A stretch of DNA of 62,498 bases, the filler included. It is 5 parts of 5 records of this genome, joined end to end, with 100 filler letters (N's around TTAATTAATTAA, not from the genome) between each part and the next. Parts side by side here need not be neighbours in the genome. Positions count along the whole stretch, not along the records: positions 1 to 24,729 come from DRR723986_7728; positions 24,830 to 32,288 come from DRR723986_7733; 3 more parts are not named here. One strand, written 5' to 3'. Of this stretch, positions 18,550 to 29,232 are shown piece by piece. Position 1 is the stretch's first letter. Each line of letters starts with the position of its first letter. The notes under the pieces are model-generated. The model searched no databases. It was not told the DNA's origin and was given only the letters and a program-made list of their open reading frames with translations. The translations under genes were made by a program, and so were the position numbers.

Positions 18550-20358
18550 TTATTTTTTGCGGGTTGAGTCTGCTGCTTTCATCGCATCTTCCAATTTCTG
18601 CTGGAATTTTGATTTCTTTTTATTTACGTTTTTCGCTTTGCTCTCCTCCACTTTTGCTCTGATTTTCTCATCATCAACAAATAGTTTGATTAATGCTTGC
18701 TGGCCAAATGTAACCATGTTGGAAACGAAATAGTAGAAGCTCAAACCTGCAGGATAGGAGTTTAGGATAAACATAAACATCACCGGCATGATATAACCCA
18801 AGTTTTTCATAGGGCCTGTCGCCGTAGTAAGTTGGTTGTTAAAGTGCGTGTAAATAATCTGAGACACCGTCATCAATAGCGTGAACATACTCACATGAGA
18901 TCCATAGAAAGGGATGGTAAACGGAAGTTTGAAAAACACGTCATAGGTAGAAAGGTCATTAGCCCAGAGGAATGATTCTTGGCGTAGTTCTATCGCATTT
19001 GGAAAGAAAAAGAACATAGCAAACAAGAAGGGCATTTGAAGTACCATAGGCAAACAACCTGAGATAGGACTTACTCCCAACTTAGAGAAGAGCTTCATTT
19101 GCTCTTGTTGCATCTTGGTTGCGTCGTCGCCATACTTTTCTTTCAGTTCGTCTATTTCTGGCTTGATCACACGCATTTTAGCCATACCTATGTAGGATTT
19201 ATAGGTGAGCGGGAAAAGCGCAAGTTTGATCAGAAATACGATGATTATGATGATTACACCGTAGTTGGTAAAGAACTTCTCTAAGAATGCGAACAGATTG
19301 ACGATAATGTATTTGTTAACCCAGCTGACGAAGAAGTAACCCATGTCAACATTGTCCTCAAATCCATCTGTGACCTTCTTGAGCGTATTGTATTGATCTG
19401 GTCCGAAATAATAAGTAAATCCAGCTTTACCCTCCTGAAGCGGAATGGATAAGCTTGTAGCCATATTACGAACAATGGTACTGTCTGCTTCGGGTGTACT
19501 TTGGGTGATTGTGACGCTCTGGAACTCCGTGTCCGCAATCATTGCTGCAGTAAAGAATCGTTGACTAAAACCTACCCATTTGACAGGTTCAGGAATAGTT
19601 TCAGTTTCTAAATCATTACCCGCTCCCAGGTTATCAAAAGATCCGGAGGTAGTATAATAATTAAGCTGAGCTTGTCTTCTAGATTCCGCAAGATTGCTTT
19701 CTTGGGCGATTACTTGGTCTTCCCAATTCAGTGCTAGGGCGTTTCCGGTAAATACACCTTGATAGCGATCTACTTCAAAAGATTTGTGTACTTGGTAGCT
19801 GCCATCGGCAAGAGTGTAAGTTTGGATGATTTGTCCACTTTCTGTCCCTGCCTTAAGGGTTAGGGTTTGGATCGTTTTCCCGTCTTCATCTAGGCTGCTA
19901 TTTACAGTAGGAGTGAAATAAAGATCATTCAGATCTATTGGTCCATTCTTGCTTTCAATGATGAAATCCATTTTAGAACTTTCTTCATTGAAAAGCTCCA
20001 ACGGCTCCATTTTCCAACTTTTGTACTCCTTTAGAATTACCTTTGTGACTTGCGCTCCTTTAGATGAAATTTCAACCTGGATAAGATCGTTTTCAAGAGT
20101 AAGAGTCTCTTCTTCTCCTACTGTAATACTTGCTAGTGCTCCGTATTTTGCTAGTCTTGCTGCATCCAGAGTGCTATCACTTTCAGAAATAGTCTCTGTT
20201 TTTGCTGGTTGGTTTGCTCCATTTGATTGAATCGATTCTGATTGAGTAGTAGTGGCTGTTTCCACTTCAGGTATCTCAGGCGTACTCGCAAAGAAAAACG
20301 AATAGACAAGGATAACCGCTGCAAAAAGAATCAAACCAGTTGCTTGATTTCTGTCCAT
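18550..20358 (-). CDS. yidC: membrane protein insertase YidC
   Basis: Periplasmic domain, NYGVIII, GCLPMVLQMP, FLWANDLSTYD, GLSFYY. Confidence 0.96.
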   Translation of the reverse strand: MDRNQATGLILFAAVILVYSFFFASTPEIPEVETATTTQSESIQSNGANQPAKTETISESDSTLDAARLAKYGALASITVGEEETLTLENDLIQVEISSKGAQVTKVILKEYKSWKMEPLELFNEESSKMDFIIESKNGPIDLNDLYFTPTVNSSLDEDGKTIQTLTLKAGTESGQIIQTYTLADGSYQVHKSFEVDRYQGVFTGNALALNWEDQVIAQESNLAESRRQAQLNYYTTSGSFDNLGAGNDLETETIPEPVKWVGFSQRFFTAAMIADTEFQSVTITQSTPEADSTIVRNMATSLSIPLQEGKAGFTYYFGPDQYNTLKKVTDGFEDNVDMGYFFVSWVNKYIIVNLFAFLEKFFTNYGVIIIIIVFLIKLALFPLTYKSYIGMAKMRVIKPEIDELKEKYGDDATKMQQEQMKLFSKLGVSPISGCLPMVLQMPFLFAMFFFFPNAIELRQESFLWANDLSTYDVFFKLPFTIPFYGSHVSMFTLLMTVSQIIYTHFNNQLTTATGPMKNLGYIMPVMFMFILNSYPAGLSFYYFVSNMVTFGQQALIKLFVDDEKIRAKVEESKAKNVNKKKSKFQQKLEDAMKAADSTRKK

Positions 20359-20399
20359 AAAGATTAATCGTAGTCCCGAAAATAAAGCTTCGGGGAGTT

Positions 20400-22016
20400 T
20401 TATTTAATTTTTTTGTCGACAGCCGACTGAATGAATCTCACAAAGAGAGGCTGCGGGGTTAATACTGTGCTTTTATATTCTGGGTGGAACTGAACTCCAA
20501 CAAACCAAGGATGGCTCTTGATTTCCACAATTTCTACCAAACCTGTTTCAGGGTTTTTACCAGTGGCAATCATGCCATTGTTTTCCATTAAATTCAGGTA
20601 CTCATTGTTGAACTCATATCTATGGCGATGTCTCTCCTGAATTTTTGATTTTCCATAAGCTTGGTAAGCCTTACTTCCTTTTTTGAGGTCGCAAGCATAC
20701 GAACCAAGACGCATAGTTCCGCCCATTTGATCAATATTTTTTTGCTCTTCCATTAATCCAATTACTGGATTGCTCGTATTTGGGTTCATTTCAGTGCTGT
20801 TGGCGTCTTTCAGATTAAGTACGTTTCTAGCAAATTCAATCACCGCTACCTGCATGCCTAGACAAATCCCAAGGAATGGGATGTTGTTTTCTCGGGCATA
20901 TTTTACAGTCTCAATTTTCCCTTCAAAACCTCGCTCACCAAATCCTGGCGCAACTACAATTCCATCCAAATCAGTCAGCTTTTGAAGGATGTTATCTTGA
21001 TTTAACTCTTCCGATGAAATCAACCGAAGGTTTACATCGCACTCAATAGATGCGCCTGCGTGTGTAAAGGATTCGATAATGGATTTATATGCATCAGGTA
21101 ATGATACATATTTGCCTACTATTCCAATGGTCACTTCTTGCGTAGGATTTTTAAGCTTGCCTAGGAAATCTTTCCAGTTCTCCAAGTCGGTGTTTTCTTT
21201 GGAAGAAAGCTTAAGTTTCGTCATTACGCGCTCATCCAACTTTTCCTTTTTCATTAACAATGGAACGTCGTAAATAGAGTCGGCATCCATTGCTTCTATC
21301 ACATTATTCAATTGAACGTTGCAGAATAACGCCAGCTTCTTTTTCACATCAGAAGGCAAATGGTGTTCTGTACGGCAAACTAAGATGTCAGGTTGAATAC
21401 CGGCTTCTAATAGCTGTTTGACAGAATGTTGCGTTGGCTTAGTTTTTAATTCCTTCGCAGCTTTGAGGTACGGGATTAGCGTTAAGTGGATTACTAAGAA
21501 ATTATTAGGTCCTAAATCCCATTTTGCCTGTCTAACGGCTTCAATGAAAGGGAGAGATTCAATATCGCCTACGCATCCACCAATTTCAGTAATTACAACG
21601 TCAAATTTTCCGTCTTCACCTAGTTTATAAAAATTCGCCTTGATTTCATCGGTAATATGTGGGATGACCTGTACTGTCTTACCTAAGAATTCTCCTTTGC
21701 GCTCCTTGGTGATCACATTGTTGTAGATCCTTCCTGTTGTGATATTATTGTCTTGAGAGGTGGGTATATTCAAAAATCGTTCGTAATGCCCAAGATCTAG
21801 ATCTGTCTCAGCTCCGTCATCTGTCACATAGCATTCGCCATGTTCATAGGGGTTCAGAGTTCCTGGATCGATGTTCAGGTACGGGTCGAATTTTTGGATG
21901 GTTACCTTGAAGCCTCTGGCTTGTAGCAACTTGCCTAGTGAAGCTGCGATAATGCCTTTGCCAAGAGAGGAAGTAACGCCTCCGGTAATAAAGATGTATT
22001 TGGTGCTTGAAGCCAT
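20400..22016 (-). CDS. pyrG: CTP synthase
   Basis: [28 protein letters not shown]; start set at ATG 22016 (MASSTK). Confidence 0.97.
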   Translation of the reverse strand: MASSTKYIFITGGVTSSLGKGIIAASLGKLLQARGFKVTIQKFDPYLNIDPGTLNPYEHGECYVTDDGAETDLDLGHYERFLNIPTSQDNNITTGRIYNNVITKERKGEFLGKTVQVIPHITDEIKANFYKLGEDGKFDVVITEIGGCVGDIESLPFIEAVRQAKWDLGPNNFLVIHLTLIPYLKAAKELKTKPTQHSVKQLLEAGIQPDILVCRTEHHLPSDVKKKLALFCNVQLNNVIEAMDADSIYDVPLLMKKEKLDERVMTKLKLSSKENTDLENWKDFLGKLKNPTQEVTIGIVGKYVSLPDAYKSIIESFTHAGASIECDVNLRLISSEELNQDNILQKLTDLDGIVVAPGFGERGFEGKIETVKYARENNIPFLGICLGMQVAVIEFARNVLNLKDANSTEMNPNTSNPVIGLMEEQKNIDQMGGTMRLGSYACDLKKGSKAYQAYGKSKIQERHRHRYEFNNEYLNLMENNGMIATGKNPETGLVEIVEIKSHPWFVGVQFHPEYKSTVLTPQPLFVRFIQSAVDKKIK

Positions 22017-23177
22017 AAGAATGGGGGAGGATGGAAATTTGATTGGATTCTTATGGGGCTCAAAATTATGGAAAAATTCCCGATTAATGGCTTTTTGAAG
22101 TTTAAATAGATCACTTTTCTCGAATTTATTGGGGTTTAATGAGAAAACACACCGTGACAATACATGTCAATTTTTATTGTTTGGGTTCTCTGAAAAAAGC
22201 AAGTATTATTTTGTGGCAACGTGTTTAAGTATTGGGCTTTTGTAATGTCATTCCGTGATAATCATTTTAAATCTATTAACCCAGATTAATTCTATATCCA
22301 AAGAAATTACCCTAGTAGGTCGAATCAGTAAGTAGCGAAAAGGAATTGCTTTTTAGATACAATTAGATGATAACGAGTTTCTTATGATTAATCGTGTATC
22401 TTTATATAATACTATAAGGTGGATTATGTTTGAATCAAACCTTGATGTTTTAAACTCGGTTACTACACTTATTGATGTGCTTTAAATAGATTGGTAAAAA
22501 GTAATGTGCTAATTGCCGAATCAAAAGTATGCAGAAGATGCGCTTTGAGAAATTAGTGTCAATTGTCCATCCTTGCGAGTTGTATTAATTATTAAGTTCA
22601 TCCAAAGTTATATGGATGACAGTAATAAATTGTTGCCTTAATATGAAATATTATGGTGTGCTTTTATCCGGTTTTTTTGTTGAGTGTAAAGGTGAAGACA
22701 AAAAGCTGAATGAAGAGATAGAAGGAGTATCCAATTTGAAAAATAATAGCGATAGGATTACGTTTTTTTTCTCTAAGTAATGATTAAATAACTCGTTATT
22801 CCTATATAAAATCTCAAGCTTCTCTATCCGAAATTGAAGGTGGTGCTGAGTACATTCAAGAAGGAGGGAGGCTTTGTTTACTAAATTTCATGAACTAATA
22901 GATTCCCTTGTGAATGAAATAAATATTAAAATGTATAGTACCAACCCTCCTAATTGTTCGTTATAAAAACAATATAACAGTGCTGTTTTTCAAAATTTTA
23001 ATTCGTTTAGATTGGTGCAAAAAAGGATGTGTGATTTTAAGCAGAGCTAATTTCTGGCGGTTAAAAGATTCTTATATGTTAAAAAATCTATTTATTTCTG
23101 CATAAAACAATAGAAAGTATGATATTTATTTATATTGCGTACGGTTTGTAATTAATGATTATTAACAGAAAAAAAAT

Positions 23178-23582
23178 ATGAGAGATTTAATCAAAGAAGC
23201 TATTGCTGACCTGAAAAAAGGCGATGGATTTATTTATGTAACATCTGACGGAAGTAAGATTGATTTACATGAGGCTGCTTCTAAGGGTATTGCAGTGACT
23301 CCTGTAAACCCGAAGGATCAAGTAATTAAGAAATTAGAAGCTGCTGGTCTTTATTTAAATGATGGCAGATTCCTAAATGAATTGAACGAATTGATATCAT
23401 TAGTGACTGGTAATAGTACTGCTAGTAAAACTTCTAAAAGAAGATCATTCACTGATGCTGAAAAAAGTAAAATAGTTGAAGAGTGGAAGAAGGTAGAGGC
23501 TGCTGGTAAAAAAACTAAGGCGGCATTTGCTAGAGAAATTGGCGTAGGATATCAGACATTTATCAACTGGTTGAGAAGTTAA
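23178..23582 (+). CDS. small basic protein with C-terminal helix-turn-helix
   Basis: KRRSFTDAEKSKIV...AAFAREIGVGYQTFINW; A-rich leader, putative promoter TATATTGC at 23131 and its own terminator. Confidence 0.85.
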   Translation: MRDLIKEAIADLKKGDGFIYVTSDGSKIDLHEAASKGIAVTPVNPKDQVIKKLEAAGLYLNDGRFLNELNELISLVTGNSTASKTSKRRSFTDAEKSKIVEEWKKVEAAGKKTKAAFAREIGVGYQTFINWLRS

Positions 23583-23596
23583 TTCACATTCAATAC

Positions 23597-23629
23597 AAAA
23601 AAAGGACAGCTCTTGGGCTGTCCTTTTTT
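23597..23629. terminator. bidirectional terminator
   Basis: AAAAAAAGGACAGC-TCTTGG-GCTGTCCTTTTTT. Confidence 0.88.
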
Positions 23630-23687
23630 CGTTATACCTGTTAGGTTATAAATATGATTCTCCGCAATGATGCCAGACACCTTAATT

Positions 23688-23783
23688 TCTGCGCTTATCA
23701 GGTAGTCAAACCGATACTTCGGATACGAAGTAGAAGTGACCGAGGTCTCACGCAGTGGCGGGACAGGCTGAAGTAGCCTCAAT
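23688..23783. ncRNA. candidate structured ncRNA of unknown family
   Basis: GC-richer island in an AT-rich intergenic region with nested helices CTGCG/CGCAG, GTCA/TGAC, TACTTCG/CGAAGTA and hairpin AGGCT/AGCCT. Confidence 0.45.
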
Positions 23784-23845
23784 TCTTAATTTTAATATAT
23801 CTTATTGCCTTTGCCACCTTACTGGTATAAAAGTGGATATGCCTA

Positions 23846-24253
23846 TTATGAAATTTTCCACTTTCGTAAGTTTGTAATGATTGTAAAAATAGCCAGAATA
23901 ATAAATCCTACTAAAGACTGCATTACGATTGGTGATAAATTAATCACAGGTAGAGAGATTTTAGGTAGTGAAAATGCCATTTCGGGAAATTTCATCTCTG
24001 GTAGTTGACTAAACAAAGAATTTGCTTCGCTGCCATTAGGAACAAATATAAAGACCGCAATAAATAATGTTATCAAGGTCGTTCCTATAATCTTCCATGC
24101 TACAGAAGAAATAACTGGCTTATAGGCTGATATTGAGGGGTTTGGTTTTATTTTTTTCAATATAGATTTATGAAAACCTTTCGAAGGAGAAACTGTCCCC
24201 AACTCTGTGATAAATTGTCGAATATAAATTTCTTCCTGTTCTTGATTTTTCAT
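23846..24253 (-). CDS. membrane-anchored anti-sigma-like protein
   Basis: SPSKGFHKSIL N-terminal motif plus two TM segments, directly downstream of the ECF sigma. Confidence 0.7.
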   Translation of the reverse strand: MKNQEQEEIYIRQFITELGTVSPSKGFHKSILKKIKPNPSISAYKPVISSVAWKIIGTTLITLFIAVFIFVPNGSEANSLFSQLPEMKFPEMAFSLPKISLPVINLSPIVMQSLVGFIILAIFTIITNLRKWKIS

Positions 24254-24359
24254 AGACTCATTTTTTTGAAATTCATTTTGTGCTGTTCGAGTCAAGATAT
24301 TTTTGCAAATACCTACTTGTGTTCCTACTTAAATGCTAACTAGCTAAGTTTGGCTTGAT

Positions 24360-24729
24360 TTATAGCAAATGAATTAATTCATTATTAGTTATTTTTTGGA
24401 GGGATAATAAAAGACTTTTTCTTCCTCTGTGTAATAGGATTTTGACATGTGAGCTTGTCAAGCCCATTATTTCTTCAATTTCTCTTATGCTTTGTTCTTC
24501 CAAATAAAACAAAGTAAGGGCAGCTGATTCTGCTGGTTTCATAGTATCCAAGCCTCGTTTTATTACATCTTTTCTTTCAACCAATTGAAGCGACTTTAAT
24601 CCATCCAAATAGTCTTTTGAATTACTTTCCATTTCCTCAACCTCATCCAATTGGACAGTATAATTCTTGGATTTCCTCAACCTTCCTAACGCTTCATTAT
24701 ATACAATTGTATAGAGCCAAGTAGTAAAT
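24360..24729 (-). CDS. ECF sigma factor (5'-truncated)
   Basis: Region 2 FTTWLYTIVYNEAL and region 4 LTLFYLEEQSIREIEEIMG...VKILLHRGRK. Confidence 0.9.
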
Positions 24730-24829
24730 NNNNNNNNNNNNNNNNNNNNNNNNNNNNNNNNNNNNNNNNNNNNTTAATTAATTAANNNNNNNNNNNNNNN
24801 NNNNNNNNNNNNNNNNNNNNNNNNNNNNN
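24730..24829. other. artificial contig linker
   Basis: N run containing TTAATTAATTAA; abrupt GC change. Confidence 0.99.
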
Positions 24830-25706
24830 GTGCGCGGTCGATGCCAAGCGCCTTGGCCAAGGCGTCCGCCGTGAGGTTGATGCCGATGATCAGCGTCGAC
24901 AGGGCGATGACCGGTCCCAGCACGCCCCATGGCGCAAAGGACATGAAGCCGCGCGCATCGGCGATCATCAGCCCCCAGTCGGGTGTGGGTGGAGAAACAC
25001 CGAAGCCAAGGAATGACAGCGACGAGAAGGCCAGCAGCATCCACGACCAGCGCATCGCGCCCTCGACCATCAGCGCATCGAGCACATTGGGCAGAAGTTC
25101 GCGGCGCATGATGGTCATCCGGCTGTGCCCTCGCGCCCGGGCGGCGGCGACGAAGTCGCGCGCCACTACGTCATGGGTCGCGGCGCGGGCGATGCGGATC
25201 ACAGGGATGCCGTAAAAGAAGGCGAGCGTCGGGATCAGAACCTCGATGCCGGTGCCGAAAGTCACGATCAGGACGAGCATCTTGAGGATCCAGGGCAGCG
25301 ACAGGAACGCATCGACGAAACGCATCATCACCTCGTCCACCCGGCCGCCGATCAGGCCGAAGAAGATCCCAACCATACCGCCCCACGTCACAGCGATTGG
25401 GGTGGCGATGCCGGTGACCAGTATGGCCTCGCGCCCGCCCTGAATTGTGCGGCTGAACACGTCGCGACCCAGATGGTCGGTGCCCAGAAGATGCACCCCG
25501 TCGGGGCCCGTCAGCATCATCGCGGCATTCATCGTGCGATAGTCGAAAGGCGCGATATAAGGGCTGATCACTGCAAGGATCAGGTGACAGACCACAAGGC
25601 AGAGACCAACCGCACCCGAGGGCCGGGACATCACATCGCGCAGCACCGACAAGGTGCGGCCAAGGCGCGAGTTCTGCGGGATAGAGGCAAGGCTCATGTC
25701 CGTCAT
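24830..25706 (-). CDS. peptide/nickel ABC transporter permease (DppC-like, 3'-truncated)
   Basis: LGTDHLGRD, AARARG, LSFLGFGVSPPTPDWG. Confidence 0.92.
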
Positions 25707-26659
25707 TTCCTCGTATAAAGGGTGCGCAGGCGCGGATTGGCGACCATGGTCAGCAGGTCAGCAGTCAGGTTCACGCCGACGTAAACCGTGGCCACGATCA
25801 GGGCGATGGCCTGCACCACTGGCAAGTCACGGTCGGAGATTGCGTCGATCATCATCCGGCCCAGCCCCGGATAGTTGAACACCACCTCAATCACCACGAC
25901 TCCGCCCAGAAGCCAGGCAATGGTCAGCGCCACCACGTTGATCGCGGGCAGCAGGGCATTGGGCAGCGCGTGGCGAAAGACGATACGCCAGTAGGGCACG
26001 CCCTTCAGCGTCGCCATCTGTACATAGTCGCTGTTCATCACCTCGATGACCGAGGATCGCACGGTGCGCAGGATATGCGCGGTCATCACCATCGCCAATA
26101 CGATCACCGGCAGGATGATTTCGGGGAAAAACTCGGACGCGGGGGCGTTGGCCGAGGTCAGCACGATCCCCGGCAGCCAGCCGAGCCAGACCGAAAAGAC
26201 GAGGATCAGCACCGTGGCAGATACGAACTCGGGGATGGTCATGGCGAAGATCGCGCCGGTCGACAGCACAAGGTCGACCGGCCGGTCGCGCCAGAGCCCC
26301 GATACGATGCCCAGAAAGATTGCGGTCGGCACCCCGACCAAAAGCGCGCACGCAGCCAGCAGCAAGGAATTCTGCAACCGCGCTCCGACCATCTCGGCGA
26401 TGGAACGCTGGCCATTTGCGGAAACACCCAGATCGCCCCGCAGCGCGTCAGACGCCCAATCGAGGTAGCGCACCACGGCAGGACGGTTCAGGTCCAGCTC
26501 TTCACGGCAGTTTTCTAGCACCCGCCCCTGCGCTTCGCGTTCGAGGAAGGCGGTGCAGGCGTCGCCGGGCAGGATCTCGACCCCGGCGAAGATGATCATG
26601 GACACGATGGCCACAGTGATCGCACCCAGAAACAGGCGCCGAAGAAACATTTGCAGCAT
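25703..26659 (-). CDS. peptide/nickel ABC transporter permease (DppB-like)
   Basis: LPGD, RGDLGVS, HALPNA, EVVFNYPGLG, RDLPVVQ. Confidence 0.93.
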   Translation of the reverse strand: MLQMFLRRLFLGAITVAIVSMIIFAGVEILPGDACTAFLEREAQGRVLENCREELDLNRPAVVRYLDWASDALRGDLGVSANGQRSIAEMVGARLQNSLLLAACALLVGVPTAIFLGIVSGLWRDRPVDLVLSTGAIFAMTIPEFVSATVLILVFSVWLGWLPGIVLTSANAPASEFFPEIILPVIVLAMVMTAHILRTVRSSVIEVMNSDYVQMATLKGVPYWRIVFRHALPNALLPAINVVALTIAWLLGGVVVIEVVFNYPGLGRMMIDAISDRDLPVVQAIALIVATVYVGVNLTADLLTMVANPRLRTLYTRK

Positions 26660-26734
26660 CGTTCTGCTACCCGCCTAGAGGAAAAACCCTCCACCCCGGT
26701 TGTGTCGGGGGCGGAGGGCAGAGTTTTCAGCCAA

Positions 26735-28216
26735 TCATTCGTCGACGGTGATCAGGTGCCAGCGCACGGCGTCATTCTTGACCTCGTCAAGATTGTGCAC
26801 GCGCGAGGACACGCCAACCAGACGAGTCACGTGATAGGGGATCAACGTGCCGGCGGTTTCCTGCAAATGCTCCTGCGCTTGCACATAGAGCGCGCGACGG
26901 GCGTCGAAGTTCAGCTCGCGGCGGGCAGCAGCCAGCAGGGCATCGAAGGCTTCGTCCTGATAGAAGGATTCATTCCAGCGAGCCGTGGACAGGTAGATTT
27001 CGTGCAGGGCCTGATCTGCCGGGCGTTCGTTCCAGCGGGTCGCGGCCACGTCCTCATGCATCCAGACCTCGGACCAGTAGCCATCGGTCGGGGCCTGCAC
27101 CACGTTCACACGGATGCCAGCCGCCGCAGCCTGTTCCTGATAGGCAACCGCCAGCGTCGGCCATGTGGGTTCCAGCGTAGCCACATGCACGTCAACGTCG
27201 ATGCCATCGGGGAAGCCCGCCTCGGCCAGAAGCGTGCGGGCGCCCTCGATGTCCTGCGGGCAGGACAGGTCAGCGCGGTACTGGTCATTGGGTTCAACGG
27301 GGGTGTCACAGGCAACGATACCGCCGCCCCCAAGCACCAGATCAACCAGTTCCTGACGATCCGCCGCCATCCGCATGGCCTGACGCACGCGCAGGTCGCT
27401 GAACGGTTCCACATCGGTGCGGAACACCAGACCGCGCCAGTTGCCGGTCGGAATTTCCTGGATGTTGAACCGGTCGGAATTCTGGAACATCACGCTTTGC
27501 TGCGCAGTAATCCCGCGTTCCATGTCGATCTGGCCGCCAAGCAGCGCTTGCAGACGGGCCTGACCGTCGGGAATGCCGATGATCTCCATCCGGGCCACGC
27601 CGGGCGCGCCTTCCCAGTAGTCGGGGTTTGCGACCAGAACGGTGGTTCCTTCCGCATCGAAGGATTCGACCATGAACGGGCCAGTGCCGATGCCGGTGGT
27701 GGCGATCGTATCGCCCGAATCCTCCGGGATCATGCGCAGCCGGTAATCCATCAGCTGCAAGGGCAGGTCGGCAAAGGGCGTGTCCAGCGTGATCTGAACG
27801 GTCATTTCGTCCAGCGCCTCGACCGCCTCGATCATCGCGATGGCAGACCGGGCCGGGCTGTCCATCTCGGGGTCCAGCACGCGGTTCAGCGAATAGAGCA
27901 CGTCGGCGGCTTCGAATGTGGTGCCGTCATGGAACGTCACGCCATCACGCAGGCTGAGCGTCCAGACAGTGGCGTCCTCGTTCGAAGACCATTCGGTGGC
28001 CAGGTCGGGGCTGGGTCGGCCGTCGAGACCAGGGCGCACCAGGCGGCTCATGATCTTTTCGGTGATCTGGAAAATGCGCCCGTTCGAGATCGGGTCGAGG
28101 CTGGATTGCGCCCCGAAGCCATATTCATGCGCCTGACGGAAGGTTCCGCTTTGCGCCATTGCCATGGGGCTGGCCAGCAGGACAGCAGCCGTGGCAAGTC
28201 CGATTAGTCGTTTCAT
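26735..28216 (-). CDS. ABC transporter substrate-binding protein, family 5
   Basis: PDLATEW, LRDGVTFHDG, GTGPF; start MKRLIG at 28216 with RBS GGGAGG. Confidence 0.93.
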   Translation of the reverse strand: MKRLIGLATAAVLLASPMAMAQSGTFRQAHEYGFGAQSSLDPISNGRIFQITEKIMSRLVRPGLDGRPSPDLATEWSSNEDATVWTLSLRDGVTFHDGTTFEAADVLYSLNRVLDPEMDSPARSAIAMIEAVEALDEMTVQITLDTPFADLPLQLMDYRLRMIPEDSGDTIATTGIGTGPFMVESFDAEGTTVLVANPDYWEGAPGVARMEIIGIPDGQARLQALLGGQIDMERGITAQQSVMFQNSDRFNIQEIPTGNWRGLVFRTDVEPFSDLRVRQAMRMAADRQELVDLVLGGGGIVACDTPVEPNDQYRADLSCPQDIEGARTLLAEAGFPDGIDVDVHVATLEPTWPTLAVAYQEQAAAAGIRVNVVQAPTDGYWSEVWMHEDVAATRWNERPADQALHEIYLSTARWNESFYQDEAFDALLAAARRELNFDARRALYVQAQEHLQETAGTLIPYHVTRLVGVSSRVHNLDEVKNDAVRWHLITVDE

Positions 28217-28491
28217 GTCTTCCTCCCTGTTGCGGTTTTTTCGCGTCCGGCGCCGCTGCTCCGTTCCGACGATGATCAAGGCCATTGCCGGGTCTCGACA
28301 AACCGAAATTACCGCTGCCATGGATGCAGAATTCTTTATTCATGGGCACAGCTCGGGCCTGTCGCAGAACCCGAGTGTCAAAGGCCGGCCCCCATCAGGC
28401 AAATTCGTTTTTTGCAGGGATCCATGTGCCAAACGAATGATTGATGCGCCGAAGCCGTGCTAAAGCTGCGGCAAAGGTAACGGAAGATCAC

Positions 28492-29181
28492 ATGCGACAG
28501 ATGTATCAGATCATTGCCATCGGCGGCGGCGGCTTCAGCAACGCAGAGGATCCGACACTTGATGATTTCTGCCTGCTCGGGCTGCCTGACAGACCGAAAC
28601 TGGGCTTCATCGGTGCCGCTTCCGGGGATGATCCGGTCAAGATCGAACGGTTTTACGCACGGTTTTCGGGGCGTGCCGGGTCGCTGTCGCACCTGCCGCT
28701 TTCGGCCATCTCCCGCGACGCGGAGGACTGGGTCGACGGGTTGGATCTGATCTATGTCGGCGGCGGCAACACCGCGCATCTGATCGCCTATTTGCGCGCG
28801 ACGGGAATTGCCGCGGTGCTTGCCCGCGCAACCGCGAAAGGCACGGTACTGGCGGGCGTCAGCGCCGGCGCTGCCTGCTGGTTCGACCATGTTCTGACCG
28901 ACAGCCTTGGCGACGGATTGCGGCCGTTGGCGGGGTTGGGGATCGTGCCGGGATCGTGTTGTCCGCATTTTTCGACCCAACCGGAACGCCAGCCCGCATT
29001 CCGTGAGGCGATCGCAGACGGGGTCTTGCCTTCGGGGCTTGCCATAGATGACGGCGTGGCCGTGCGGTTGTCTTCCGCGGCTGCGGAATCGCTTTGCTCG
29101 GCGCGGCCGGGCGCTGGCGCGTACCGGATCGCGCGGGATGGCAAGGGGGTGGCGCAGCAGGCGCTGCCGGGGTCGGGCTGA
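28492..29181 (+). CDS. peptidase E (S51 family, class I GATase-like)
   Basis: IIAIGGGGF, IYVGGGNT, AGVSAGA nucleophile, CPH, AIDDG. Confidence 0.88.
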   Translation: MRQMYQIIAIGGGGFSNAEDPTLDDFCLLGLPDRPKLGFIGAASGDDPVKIERFYARFSGRAGSLSHLPLSAISRDAEDWVDGLDLIYVGGGNTAHLIAYLRATGIAAVLARATAKGTVLAGVSAGAACWFDHVLTDSLGDGLRPLAGLGIVPGSCCPHFSTQPERQPAFREAIADGVLPSGLAIDDGVAVRLSSAAAESLCSARPGAGAYRIARDGKGVAQQALPGSG

Positions 29182-29232
29182 CAGGGGCGACAACGACCGC
29201 GCCCGCCTGCCGAATCCCGGGTCTCAAACGCC

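Noticed and set aside
22643-22780. 45-aa ORF MKYYGVLLSGFFVECKGED...
   Set aside because: Short, with no motif or convincing lipobox; could be chance or a relic
23178-23582. Insertion sequence
   Set aside because: HTH only; no DDE domain, terminal inverted repeats or frameshifted partner ORF
23579-23782. 67-aa minus-strand ORF
   Set aside because: TTG start, runs through a terminator and has no recognisable features; better explained as a by-product of the structured element
23688-23783. Cobalamin riboswitch (minus-strand CTGTCCCGCCACTG ... ACCTG) or hammerhead ribozyme (CTGATAAG...GAAA)
   Set aside because: It lacks the GGGAA/GGTG-AATCC core and any downstream gene; the hammerhead core needs CTGANGA and a stem II
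26651-28207. 518-aa plus-strand ORF and similar long ORFs (30724-31524, 34700-35635, 37891-38718, 54650-55417)
   Set aside because: Antisense shadows of well-supported genes in GC-rich DNA
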